Assembly: GCF_037042905.1 (NCBI RefSeq)
Contig: NC_087251.1
Location: 45,510,001 to 45,574,000 of the forward strand
Direction of reading: 5' to 3'
DNA length: 64,000 bases
DNA from: Lytechinus pictus
Lineage: Eukaryota
Shown here piece by piece: positions 49,395 through 62,491 of the stretch; position 1 is the first letter of the stretch; every line of letters starts with the position of its first letter. The notes under the pieces are model-generated. The model did no database searches. It had not been told where the DNA came from and saw nothing but the letters and a program-made list of their open reading frames with translations. The position numbers were made by a program, and so were the translations under genes.

Positions 49395-52300
49395 TTCTAG
49401 GCGAGCATTGCATATGAATCTTTGGTATAGATGAGACCAGTGGTGAGAATACGGATACCATCGTAGCTGACATTGTGACAAAACGGCTTGGTGTCTCCCT
49501 TGATGTGGTTTGTAATAAGATCGTTCGCATCGTGTCGGGAGAATGAAGGATACACAATCATCTTTGACAACCCAAGCTGAACTGTCAGAATCTTCATCAT
49601 CTGAGTCAATTAAGGGAAGCATCTCACAAACGTAAGAAGAAACTTCACCCAAGATCGATAATCGTAAAGTTAACCAGTTAACCAGGAAGAATAAAGAGAT
49701 CTTGGATGATAGGAAAAAGCTCAAAAATTCTGGAATATCAATTGTAGAAGACCTGACGTCAAGAAATCAAAAGTTGCTTGCAATGACTCGGGAACAGATG
49801 GAGTAATTTCAGCTTATTCTTCGGATGGTGGAATAATAGCCTTTTTGATTCCTGCCAGCGGTGGGATAAGTGTCAAGAAGCTCATCAGTTGTGAAAGTGA
49901 CCTTCAACATATTGAACTTGTATACATGTAGACTTATAAATTATCTGCCGAGAACTTGCCATTTCAACATGCTTGTAATTGCTAAGATAATATTCTGATG
50001 CAACCCAATCTGCTCAATATTGATACTACATTGAATTTCATTTGTATTGTAATTTTTGTGGATTTTGATGTATTTTGAATTTATAATGTCTATTCTCTTC
50101 TTGCTTGAAGTTTTTTCAATTCCTCTTCTGTTTGTTTTACAGGAAACCATGTCGTATATTATGCTTTTTCATTCTTCCAGTACGGTTTTATGATAGAAGA
50201 CACATTGGATGAAACATGTACTCCAAATAATGATAATACCATAAGGAATGTTTCGAATGAAAATAAATTTGTAAACGATTATTTCGATATAGATATGTTC
50301 AATGCAAGATATGAAGATACAAAAAAACATTTATCCATAGCTCATTTTAACTGCAGAAGCCTTCCTATAAACTTTGAAGACTTTGAAATATTATTAAATA
50401 ACATATCGCACAAATTTAAAATAATAGGTATCACTGAAACTTGGTTATGTGACACTTTGTCGGTATAACCTAGATAATTATACTCTTTTGCATGAAAATC
50501 GAAAAAACAAAAGAGGTGGCGGAATTGGTTTATATATCAACAAGTCACTAAAATATATGGTGATTAAGGAATTGACATTTATATCAGAATCCATGGAAAG
50601 TCTATTTAATGAGTTGTATGGCAAACATATAACATGCAAGAAAATGGTGATTGGCGTTGTTTATCGTCCACCTGGACAATCTGTAATTAATCTTATAAAT
50701 GAATTTACTGCTGAATTGGGTAAAATAAATGCAAGTTTTCACAATTGTTTTATTATGGGGGATTTTAACTTGGATTGAATGAAAATAGGTTCAAATTCAT
50801 ATGTGGATAATATTCTTGACATTTTATACAGTTTTTCACCCCAGCCAATCATAGAAATCCTGACACATATTACATCATCATCTGCACCAGTTTTAGATAA
50901 TATTTTTACTAATGACAGCATCCATATGAGTTCGGCAACTCTTGATAAGTGATATAAGTGATCACCTGCCAGTATTTACAATACTCAATTGAAGCTTTTT
51001 ACAAAATAAGAAAGAGAATTCAACTTTAACCAATAAGCATGCTTTATCTGAGTCGAACTTGCAGTTATTTTCCTCAAAATTAAGTGAATTATCATGGAAT
51101 ATTTACAGAAGTGAAGATATTAATATTGTATATGGAAATTTTATGAGCAAATTCATGAAACTGTACAATGAATGTTTTCCTTTTAAATCTGCTGGCACTA
51201 GAACATGTAATAGAAAACAGTGGATTACTCGAGAATTTAAATACTCGAGCTATGTAAAAAAGGTCTAGATTATACAAGAAATGTCTTCACAAACCATCAA
51301 ACGTAAATGAAAAAAATTATAAACAATTTCATAATTATGTACCATGGAAACTAAGACAGGCAAAAAAAAACTTTTTCTATTGAAGGTTTATAGATGTAAA
51401 AAACAATTCTAAATCTACTTGGAATTTGATTAATGTATTGTTGAAAAAAATATTTAAAAATCAGTGAATATTGATACCATCAGTCTTGAAAATAGTAAAC
51501 TTACTGATATGTAGTAGATATTTCCGATGCCTTTAACAATTTCTTTGTAAATATTGGTGAGAAATTATTTGAAAACCAAACACGTACATGTTGTAATCCC
51601 TTTAAATCAAACTTGAATAGTCCTAATAACCAAACAGCTTTTTAAAAACCTATTAGCACATCTGAAAATTGTGAATGATAATGAAGAATGAAACTAGTGC
51701 TGGAATTGATTCTATACATATTAAGGCTATTTAACGTGTAATTTGTTTTATCAGTGAAAAATTGTGCAAAATCTTTAACCAAAGTTTAAATTCTGGAGAA
51801 GTACCAGATGACTTGAAGGTTATTCGTATAACTCTGATTCATAAAAAAGGAAGAACTGATGATATAAACAACTATCGACCAGTTTCTGTTTTAAATATTT
51901 CTTCTAAAGTACTAGAACGTTGTAATGTATTTATAATTGTTTACTTGATGTTGTTCACAAGCATGACATTTTGTTTAATTAAGAATCAGTTTGGATTTAG
52001 GCAGGGGCACCCCACATCTACAGCAATTTTAGAATACACAATATCAAGCAATTGATGCTGGTGCCTTTACAGTTTTCATAGATCTGTCAAAGCCTTTGAT
52101 GTAATTGACCATTCAATACTCTTACATAAATTGCATTACTACGGAATAAGAGGCATTCCTCTTACAAGTATGTGGTTTCAAAATTATTTGGATTCAAGAA
52201 AACAACCAACAGAAATCAACAATATAAAATCCGATTGTAAAACAACTAGATGTGGAGTACCCCAGGGTTCAATCCTCGGCCCTTTGCTTTTTGTGCTATA

Positions 52301-53445
52301 TATGAATGATATCACGGTTTGTACTCAGTTTATAAAATTTATTTTATTTGCAGATGACACAAGTATTTTTACTACAGGAAAAGATGCAAATTCTTTGTAT
52401 AAAGTGGTTAATGAGCAACTATCTAATATAAGTGAATGAACGCAAGCAAACAAATTAATTTTGAATACCGGTACTGAAAAAAAAACTATATGATAGTTGG
52501 TACACATCTAGTTGGTAATATTGATTTACAGTTGAAATAAGGAAATTAAAAATCTTGAATGTATTAAATTCTTGGGTATTAATTTAGATGAAAAGCTTTC
52601 TTGAAACTATCATGTCCACGACCTTTGCATAACGCTTGCTAGAAACATTGAAGTACTTTATAGGTTACAATTCTTACCACAGATGATCTTAAAGTAGATT
52701 GTATTTTTCATTAGTTTCATCACACTTAAATTATTGCAATAATCTGGGGGTTCACATCAAAAAATAATCTTGATAGAATTCTCAAGTTGCAAAAACTGGC
52801 AATTTGCATATAGTAACAAATTCAAATTTCTTGAGTCATAGTAAACCCTATTTAAACAGTTGGACATTCTATCACTGCATGACATGATATCATTAAATGT
52901 GGCAGTTTTTATGTTTTCATTATATAAAAATGCATTACTACCAATGCCTTCAAAGAGCATTTTACTCTAAATTGTAGTACATATAATACGAGATATGCCC
53001 AAGATTTTCATCTTCCCTTGGAACATATTTGTCAAAAAATACACTGTTTTTCAATGGTCCAAAACAACATACCCAAACTTATAAAAGACTGCAAATCATT
53101 CCAGCAATTTAAACGTTTATATAATAGTCATTTACATTCATTGGATATGACTTCTTGATATTCTAATATTTTGTACTATTCATTCCTGGAATCTCATTCT
53201 CTACTTTTCTTCTTTTCTGTCCTATCCATAGTTTAAGTTGATATTTGGTATCTTTTATGTTTAAATGTTTTCAATTGTAAATTATATTTTTGTAGGGAAT
53301 CATCATTGGCAAGCCCATATGGCTTCTTATGATTCCCCCACTTCTCATGTGCAATTATTTGTGAAATATACATTGTATAGATCTTTTGATGTTTTTAACA
53401 AGAGAGTGGAATGAATGAAATGAAATGAAAATGAAATAAAAATGA
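49395..53445 (+). mobile_element. Decayed near-full-length CR1-like LINE (ORF1 C-half, APE endonuclease, RT), antisense to DGLUCY
   Basis: ORF1 GISIVEDLT; APE HFNCRSL, ITETWL, GGGIGLY, YRPP, MGDFN, SDHLP; RT NYRPVS, QFGFR, GVPQGSILGP, FADDT; (GAAAT)n tail; many stops/frameshifts. Confidence 0.9.
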
Positions 53446-53505
53446 TTTAGAGTGTATAAGTTATTCTTCATGTATTGATGGTATGTGTAGAAAAGAAGCA
53501 GCTAC

Positions 53506-53707
53506 CTTGTACATGGAGACATTTGTGTTTTTCTGCTCCAGATTTCTGAGAGGAACACCCCCAGCAAGGAGGGCCTCGTCAAACGAAAAGCTGCACCCGA
53601 AGTAGAAGAAGCAAAAATCGTTTAATTGCTCCCCAAATTTCAGAAGGTCTGGAACTGTTTCGGCAAACTCTCCATTGACAAATACATTTAAGGCTCCCAA
53701 ATCAGTC
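53506..53707 (-). CDS. DGLUCY: D-glutamate cyclase, alternative exon 3b
   Basis: TCATAG|G TDLGALNVFVNGEF...FYFGCSFSFDEALLAGGVPLRNLEQKNTNVSMYK|GTAGC; 202 bp, phases 2/0. Confidence 0.88.
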
Positions 53708-54270
53708 CTATGATCGAGATATAAAAAAAAAGATACTTGTAATTAACTTGTTGACTCCTGCATTTTCTAACTGTCCTAGACTTAATTAATAATGGACGTT
53801 CTTGTTCCTGTAGCCATACTAACCCTCCACCAAATCATGGCAAAACTCACTGATTGAGTTCTTAAATCCTCATATTAAGATGATCTGAATAACCTTTGTT
53901 CATTATTTTGCAAAACAAATATTTTTCATTGTTGGATAAAATTTTTTAATGATTTTGCCATATTTTTTTGTCGATGAAATCACATCATTTTATTTTCATA
54001 GAGTGTATTCTTGCTTCAGCAGGTGTAAATATTTGAAATCTGACAAAATGAAAAAGAGAGGAGCCATTTTGTACCAATTAACATACAGCTATTTATATCC
54101 TCCTATGTTGCATTGATATATGTAAAATGCCATTTTGTCATTTAAATTCTGATTTTACTGAATTTGTAGTATTTTTTTTTCTTATGAATACATCTCACTC
54201 CAATTATTCAGATCAACTTCATATCAGCACAAAGAACCCCGGTGAGCTAAAATGTAAATATCCAAAATAC

Positions 54271-54466
54271 CTTAAAAGAAGAAACATTTCCCTTTTCCAA
54301 ATTTCGAAGAGGCACTCCTCCTGACAAGAGGGCCTTGTCAAAGGAAAAACTGCATCCCAGGTAGAAGAAACAGAAATCATTCAACTGATCCCCAAATTTA
54401 AGAAGATCAGGAACCTCTTCTTTTAATTTCCCATCATTGAATATGCAATAAGTAGACAGGTCAGTT
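54271..54466 (-). CDS. DGLUCY: D-glutamate cyclase, alternative exon 3a
   Basis: TCATAG|A TDLSTYCIFNDGKL...FYLGCSFSFDKALLSGGVPLRNLEKGNVSSFK|GTATT; 196 bp, phases 2/0. Confidence 0.85.
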
Positions 54467-54544
54467 CTATGAATCAAAGCATGAAAATTTAAAATGACTT
54501 GTTAATGTTAACATTATATGCCAGAGTAAATGAGCACCGATTTT

Positions 54545-55590
54545 TCAGATTCAGATTCAGATTCATTTATTTCACACCTCTTTAAAATACAAAAATACAT
54601 AAATACAAATAAAAATCTTATACGACAGAACAGATATTGACAAGTATAAAGTATAAGTAGTCATAAACAGATAGTAAAACACAGTAAATATAAACAATGA
54701 TTTCCGCTGTACGGCGGATGTGGGGGAAAGACAGAAAGCCATTGGCCTATCGAGGTCTATCCCCCTGATTACCGTACAACAGGAAAAACAAAACAAACAC
54801 AATGCAAGAAAGGGGATAACAGAGGAATTAAAATCCTAACTAACGGGGGAGAGGGGGGGGGGGGGTGGCAGGCAAAGGAGGGGACACAAGTGTTAATTAT
54901 TTAATATTGTATAATATTGTATTGTAATAAGTCATTATGGCGTATATACACATAAATATACTGATACAGATGTATATATAACATTTAGAATTTCACTTAA
55001 TTATTCTATATTTTATGATAAATATGAATTAAAAGAAGAAAGAAAAAAAAAATAATAATAATATTTGCACCAACATGCTGTATGACATAAGAGGCAGATT
55101 AAGCTATAGTACAGTATGTAAGAGAGCATGTTTGTATTTTCTCTTGAATATGTTTAATGATTGACTATCTTTTAAATGATTTGGAAGGCTGTTCCAAATC
55201 TGGGGCCCTTGATAGCATATACTTGCTCTGGAAACATCATATTTAAGAAGTGGAATATATAGGTCTGTAGAATTTCTGCAGTTATATTTATTTACGTTAT
55301 AGTTATAGAGGAAATATTCATTAATTGAGAGAGGAAGTAGATTATGTATAATAGAATACATAAAGACTGCAACGTGAAACTTATAAAGGTCATTCAAAGG
55401 GATGATTTGTAGTTTTTTGAATAATGGTTCGGAGTGAGCATAATAATTTGAGTTTGTTATAATACGGATAGACTGTTTTTAAAGTTGAAATAATCTTTGG
55501 AAAAGGTAGGCTATCTATGACATTGTCCCCATACAGTTATACCATAAGTAAGATGCGAGAAAATCATCGAATAATATAAATTTACAAGGA
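54545..55590 (-). mobile_element. 5'-truncated CR1/L2-type LINE with (CTGAAT)n tail
   Basis: LYYSMIFSHLTYG...HSEPLFKKL...YQGPQIWNSLP...FKRKYK; (TTCAGA)n on + strand at 54544-54565. Confidence 0.8.
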
Positions 55591-56010
55591 CCCTCAGATT
55601 TTCTTTTTCTATACTAACAGTTTATCATAAGCTATATCTTGATTTTTTTTTATTGTAATCATTACAATTCATAATTCAATTCTAAATCAAAGTGGGAATA
55701 AACTATAAATTATGTTAAAATTTTGGTCACTTCAACACTTTTGGAAATTTATAAACAAAATTTAAAACAACATGATATATATATATGTACATAAACACTT
55801 GCCATATCTGAGGGCAAAGAATATCAGGAAAAACTGAACAATTCACACAATCTTTTATATTGCATTAAGTTCCTACCCCTTAGAAATAAATCAGTAATTC
55901 AGAATCATAATTACATTTCAGAGCCTTGGGCTTCGGTATCTCTCTGCAGCTGCTAAGCTCCGAAAACAGTATAAAGGTCACATGAAAATGCCTCTAATTT
56001 CATTTCATAC

Positions 56011-56164
56011 CTTACATCCGAATCCTGAGAGAGTTGAGGAACATCAAACTGGCCTGGTTCCGAGCTAAAGATACAGGCCATGGGTCCATAGTTCAAACGA
56101 CAATACTCCCTCAGATCCGCTGCTACATCTTTGTGAACAGCCATTAGATTCGCTTGTTTGTATC
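56011..56164 (-). CDS. DGLUCY: D-glutamate cyclase, exon 2
   Basis: GYKQANLMAVHKDVAADLREYCRLNYGP...SEPG...DSDVR; 154 bp, phases 1/2. Confidence 0.92.
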
Positions 56165-56363
56165 CTGATATTGAGAAAAATCAAAGGGAATGACGCAGGA
56201 TATTAGGAATTTATCCAAGCTAAGAAGATAACATATGTACCTGGAAATTTGACTGCAGATATAACTGTGTTTTCTGGTAGATGCGGTAAAAAGGTATAAT
56301 GATGATTGATCATTCTCCCTTTTTTGCAATGAAACCTTTTGAGATTAGAGGTATAGTTATCAT

Positions 56364-56787
56364 TAGACTAAAAGCTTCGGTCTCTGTTATGTTGGTTGTT
56401 CCGCTGAACTCCGTTGGCTCCACTCACCAAATACAGAGACCGAAGTTCTAGCTCGATCTGTACAGGGACTCAATGGCCATATATTTATGTATTAAGTTTG
56501 GATACAACAGGGTCCAAGTGAAATTGCGCGACAGCTGAAGTAAGTCACTGTTTTTTTCCCGTTTTGGTGCATTTCAGGCCAAAACGGAATACTACTCTTT
56601 ATTTTGGTCCAGTTCTTTTTATATATTTTTAAGAAATAAAGACAAAAATTAATGAGCCCCGTCGGGGGGATTTTGCATTGTTACCCCCTAATGGTGGCTG
56701 CACGATAGCGAGCCGTCTGTGTACGAGAAATAAAAAAATATTAAAATGTTAAAAAACTCCTCGAAACAGATGGCTGCCAGCTGTCTG
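56364..56787. mobile_element. Short non-autonomous relative of the AcademH-like element at 58490-62482
   Basis: Starts TAGACTAAAAGCTTCGGTCTCTG (homologous to the large element's end), ends GCTGTCTG; flanked by GTTATCAT direct repeats. Confidence 0.7.
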
Positions 56788-57595
56788 TTATCATTAGATA
56801 TATATACATGATGAATTTTCATAGAAATTACAAACATCTCACTTGCTATAATAATCATATTTCCTGATTGTAGGCATCAACAAGAAGAGAGGACGTGAAT
56901 TTTTTTTAAATAGAATTAAATCATAATGTTGCCCAGAAAGTATGGTGCACACTTTTTTCACATCCCAATCTTGGATTGTTTCTCCAAAATGACTTGATCA
57001 GTTTATAATATATTATATGTAGATTAAAATATAACAAAAGTTTGTTATTTATATGGAAAGTGAATTATTTTACTTTTTTTTATCTTTGTGTATTAACATG
57101 GTTTCAAAGTCAAATGAAACCCCCCCCCCCAAAAAAAAAATGCATATCGTCCATTGTCCCAATGCACAATCTCACAAAGGGGTAATCCAGACATCGCTTA
57201 GAAGCACTATCGTCTAGATGTGATGTCGCTTCCATGCAATGTGCAATATACTCTGGTGAATGACACCTTTCGAGGTATGATTTGAAGGACTGTGTGGAAC
57301 TGAGGTTTTTTATCCCTGGTGGGAGATTGTTCCAGTCTTTTATTGTATCTGGTATAAAACTATTGAGGTAGACTTTTTTTCACTATCTGATTATCTTGCT
57401 CTTACTAACTAGCAAAAAAAGCCTATAAACATCTCTTTTTAGCATTTTATAGTTCTGGTATAAACTAAAGAAATGCCATATAAAATGGCAATATAAAATG
57501 ATTTGAAATTAAACACTCTTTCATCCATCTTGCTATTGATCGATTTGCTTAACATGTAACTGTTAATGATGATACTTGATGATAGTATAGTTACG

Positions 57596-58450
57596 TATTG
57601 TATTACCGGACACTATCATGATTCCGGACGCGCATAGTACTGCGTACGAAAACAATTTTGTACCGTAAGACTTCCGCCATTCAATTTCACAGAGCAATAC
57701 ATAGAACAAGATTGCTAAAACAAGGCGAAAAAATCCAACTTATACCTTATTTATCTCTAAAATGACAGAAAATGATTAAGATATCATATAAGGTAGTTTT
57801 GCATTAACAATTGATATATTTTCTGATGGAAAAATGGGCCTGATTTTGCCGAATTTCAGTCTCGTCCGCTCCTTTGATCGAATGATGAAGTGTGGTGTAT
57901 TGTGGTTAATCGTCGATGGCTAGACTCGAGGTATATCATGCGCGAGGTTTTCGTGACTAGAGCCGTCGATTGACAGCTCATCAAACCTGATGAGCGTTAC
58001 GATACGAACGAGCATAGATTGGAAAATGCCATGGAACATGCAGCTAAGAAGTCAAAATAAAATTTATCAAACACGAATTTATTACCAACATCTGCTCAGA
58101 TTTGATGTGAAAAAAAAACAAAAACATAAGCTTAGAATTTATGCATGATATGATATATGAAGAAAAATTCACACAAATTCTTTCTTACATCATTATAATG
58201 AAGAATATCTTTACCCGTCCGGCGCGCGTCCGGAATCATGATGTAATTTGTCGCGCGCGAAAATAACTGTTTTTCGTGGAGGGGTATGCGACAATTGCGA
58301 TGCAAAGAAAACGGTTGGTAAATATAAAATAATTTTATCATATTCATAATTTTCATAATATTTGGAATAGCAAGTGCAAATATTTCTTGATTGTATTTCC
58401 TCTAGTTGTCATTTTTAAAGCACTGAAATAAAGGTGTCCGGTAATAGGAA
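57596..58450. mobile_element. MITE-like element with terminal and internal inverted repeats
   Basis: TATTACCGGACAC / GTGTCCGGTAATA and ATCATGATTCCGGACGCGC / GCGCGTCCGGAATCATGAT. Confidence 0.6.
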
Positions 58451-58989
58451 TATAGGATACACTGCCATACTATTTTACTACCTCAGTACTAGACAGGAAT
58501 AACCGTCGTTTCTGGGGATTTATTCAACAATTTCTGACATTTTACTGTAATCCCCATTAACCGACGGTAGGGTATACGTGTGGGCTCGCATGTTTTCTCA
58601 TTCCCACCCTTTTGTCAATTCACAGTCCAAAGTTTGATGTAATTTTACACATCGAATTTACAATCTAAGGATGTATAGCCATCAAACTTTTAAACCATGA
58701 TATTTAGTGAAGACAATATTTTAAACGATATAAGATTAAAAGGCATGAAAAATTATACTTTACCGATGTTTAATTGGGTTGAACACGATCAAAATAGTCA
58801 ATATGGCAGCCAAACTGTGAAATATTTACAAACGAACGGAGAGGGCGTCAACAATCACGAATGTGATATCGATATTGCTTTCGATATTATACGATCTGCT
58901 CCTTATGCGAGCGAAACCGCTACGATCACAAGTAGCAGACGACAATCAAACGATCACTTTAGTTCAAGCAGCATAAACGAAAGGCCTGC

Positions 58990-59157
58990 ATGATGGATGC
59001 TGTAGCCAAGGGGATATTCGGGGAACACTTCACTCTCAAGCCTGACCAGCGGGAAGCGCTACAGTGTTTGGAGGACGGGAGAGACCTGTGGGTCCAGCTC
59101 CCCACTGGACATGGAAAGTCGGCGATTTTCACCGTCTTTCCGATATGGAAATCAAAG
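58990..59157 (+). pseudogene. RecQ-like SF2 helicase first exon (motifs 0 and I) of the AcademH-like element
   Basis: LKPDQREALQCLEDGRDLWVQLPTGHGKSAIF..FP then AAG|GT; no downstream DEAH motif found. Confidence 0.75.
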
Positions 59158-61589
59158 GTTATTAATTTTTTAATAGGCCTACTTTATTATAAAATATTGG
59201 GAAAATGATAACTACCGTAGTATTAACTTTGACATTCAAAATGCAGCTTTCATCGTTTAGACCCAGATCTAGGTTTGTGGATCACTTAAATTCAAGCAGT
59301 ATAAACATATGGCCTATTTATACTACATAATCGTTTCAATTGAATATCAAATGGCACTAAAACACTTATATGATGCTATATCTGCATACTAGTCTAACAC
59401 TGAACATAAAATGAGTGAAAAAATGATTTTAACAGAAAATATTTTTATAGGTTAGAAGTTCCCATAGACCACTACTCCAACTGACCAGACATACAGTCCC
59501 AGTTAAATCAAATACACAATTTATTACGTTTATTTACACCTTATTCTTTCTATTCTTCTTTCATTTTACACTATTTATTTTGTGTTGGGCTATTCTGATG
59601 ACTGGCCACATTGAATGCATTTGTTTATTTCAATGTTTTTAAATCTTTTCTATGTGAACACTGACTGAAATTAAGTATAACGTCGATTATTGCAATCCAC
59701 ACAGTCAAGTCCTGGATCTTCTCGTATAGGCCTATACGTTCAAATCGCTGTACAGAGTTGCTATGATTGTCGTCTCAGGGGGATATGAGTCAATTTTGAA
59801 AAGACATTTCCAACATCTTTATACCTATCATATTTAAATGTCTGATTAAGAAACCTTCAAACACCCCCCCCCAAAAAAAAAAGGGGGAACAAACTCTAAG
59901 AAATGATGTTAAAATTCTGCAATAGCTATCTATTCAAAGTGTTATTTGAGGGCTCCAATTATAGGCTTTATCATCGAACCATTCAAATTTGAAGGAAAGG
60001 GGAGTGTCTCCTTTGCGTCGCTATTATCACCACAATAGAGGCTATACTGCTTGTTTAAGACGACTCGTAATATTAGATCCATATTGACCTTTATACTCTC
60101 ATGTAGGACCTTTAGGTCTAACTATTCTAAAAACGCAAAACTTTAAAGACAATCAGACCAATTAATGCTACACAGAGTGAACGCCAATTCAGATCCACCC
60201 AATCGGCTGGCAAGAAAAAAAAGGAGAGAAAGAGAAAGGAAGAAAGAAAGTGGGGTTAAAGAAGAATTATTGTCGACCTATGTTATAATGATAATAATAA
60301 TGGATGTGTAATGCGCCAAATCCACTCGGCAGGGTGCCCGAGGCGCAGTGAAAGAAAGAAAAACACAGAGAGAAAAATACAAAGTATGTTATAATATATG
60401 AAATTATATTACGTGTATTTTTATTTCAGAACTATTTATGAAACATAATTTGCTTAAATGTTAGTCCCTACTGGTGCTTGCGTTGTCTGTTTGATGAGAT
60501 AAATAATCCTGTTTAAGGAGATTAAATGGTTCTAAATCATCCCGTTTCCAAGTCCATAAATATACACCAAATATATTTCCTTGTATTCGGATTTTTCAAA
60601 ATTATTGTATGTAGTGACATTGATTTTTTTTAATGACTACTACATTTGCCGCATTTAAGGTCTAAATATAAAACATTTCCAGTCCGTGCTTACGTTGACA
60701 TTAGTGCATTGGCCATACAGTGGCGTACCGTGTGTCACGGCATGGGGGGACCAGCAAAAAAAAATGAGTATACTAATAGAGGCATTTTAAGGGCAGTGCC
60801 ATTAAACGGATATGTATATTACTGATAAAAAATAATGCGAGCGCCAAGCGCGAGCTGAAAATCTTTGATATTCAGACCTAAAAAGGGACACAAGCATTTT
60901 TTTGTAATTATGATACGTGCCCGTCTCGCTAAACAATGCAAAACTGCTGAAATGTTTGTATTTATTGACCCCAAACAGGGACATTTTAAGGACAATAGGC
61001 CTATTTTAGGAATCCATATCCATGTACATATCTCAAAAGCTACGTTTCTCTTCCCTTCTCCCTCTTTTTCTCCTTTTCCCGTTTTTTAAATAATTTGCCA
61101 GCCGAGGGGGGGGGGGGGTGCCCCCATGTCCCCCGTAGTCACTCCACTGATTGGTGAGATATGTCTACTCTTCATGACACGAGCGTAAATCCAGAGGGGG
61201 GTGGGGGTATGCATCCCCTCCCCCCACACTTTTCAACACAGAAAAAAAATATTCTTTAATTATCAAATGGTCAATAACTTTTAGTATGTGGATTTATCTT
61301 TAAATGCAGTCAAGGTGCTTAAATTGGCCAAGTTTTTCCATTTTAAAGATGAAAAATTTCTCACTCGGCCGCTCTGCCCCGCGCTTAATCTAATTTGGCC
61401 TTGACAATCACTACGTTTAGCTTATTGCAGAGGTTAATTTATATCCACTGCGTAATGGGAATATGTTTATAATAATTCAATTTTTTAATATAAGATTCCA
61501 ATGACTTTTAAATATGATGATAACTATGGACCTTAAACGAATCAAACATCCTTTAAATATACACTTTCGTGAATATGGGGGAGGGGCTG

Positions 61590-61976
61590 TCATAACTTGG
61601 AATCTCTGTGGAAGCGCAGGAATTTTTCACCAAAATATAGGCTCAGTCTTCTTCGTTTCTTCCGAAGAAATGGCGAAGCATAGCTGGTCACTTTCACTTT
61701 CCTCCCCAGGTAAACATTGATTCTACTAATTTTCTTTAATTTGGATTTATTTTCAATTACATTTGAATTGCTTTCAGATAATTTTGAAATTATTCTGCAA
61801 CATCTGTCGCAAATGAATTTTTTTGATTTTTGATCTGGTGTCACTTTAATTCCCAATGATTCGACAGCGTCAGCAGTGGTGTAATCACGGTGATCCAATT
61901 TTGCATTCAAAGATCTTCTTTTATTAGGATGATTATTCAAATTACGGTCACAATTACAACACCAGTAGTCAGCCAT
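61590..61976 (-). pseudogene. N-terminal zinc-binding (CxxC...CxxC) stub, probably the transposase of the AcademH-like element
   Basis: MADYWCCNC...KRRSL...FICDRCCRII, followed by SP-x-RKKRRR basic stretch; lies inside the TSD-bounded element. Confidence 0.55.
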
Positions 61977-62491
61977 AATTACTAAAATGAATTAATGAAT
62001 CAAATAAAATTACCACCAGCAATCAGCACACCTAACGTTATACATGGCAATATACGAATAAAATAATACGATACGATACACTACACGAAGATAAACGATA
62101 CTAGTTATAATCGCGATAAATCGAGACATGAAAAAGTTAATAACGATAATGACGTCATTCAAGATGGCAACTTGCAAGAAAAACCGTCAGGTCAGGTGAA
62201 AATGTCTTAGATGACAGATTTCTCAATCATCCAGAGGATTTTTTTCAATAACTCCGGCCCAAGGTATGCAATTAGCTTAAGTTATCTATATTACACTGAT
62301 AATGGAAACCATGAAAATGTCAATTTTGCCTAAAAAAAGTTTTAAATCGCGATCTATAAAACGCTAGTTCACTATACGTTGGCTGTAGGTAGGGGCCCCC
62401 TCCGCTTCAGTCTATGTATGGTGAGTGAGCCAACGCAGTTCAGCGGAACAACCAAAATACAGAGACTGAAGCTTTTGGTCTACCTCAGTAC

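Larger units (their letters stand above)
58490..62482. mobile_element. Internally deleted AcademH-like DNA transposon (RecQ helicase 5' part + convergent zinc-finger ORF)
   Basis: CCTCAGTAC|TAGAC ... GTCTA|CCTCAGTAC perfect 9-bp TSD; convergent ORF stubs at 58990 (+) and 61976 (-). Confidence 0.8.

Noticed and set aside
49215..49724. 169-aa minus-strand ORF
   Set aside because: Antisense of CR1 ORF1 plus a MITE fragment; no coherent protein features
58990..59208. Host RecQ/WRN/BLM gene
   Set aside because: Only motifs 0/I present, no further exons found, and it lies inside a TSD-bounded element
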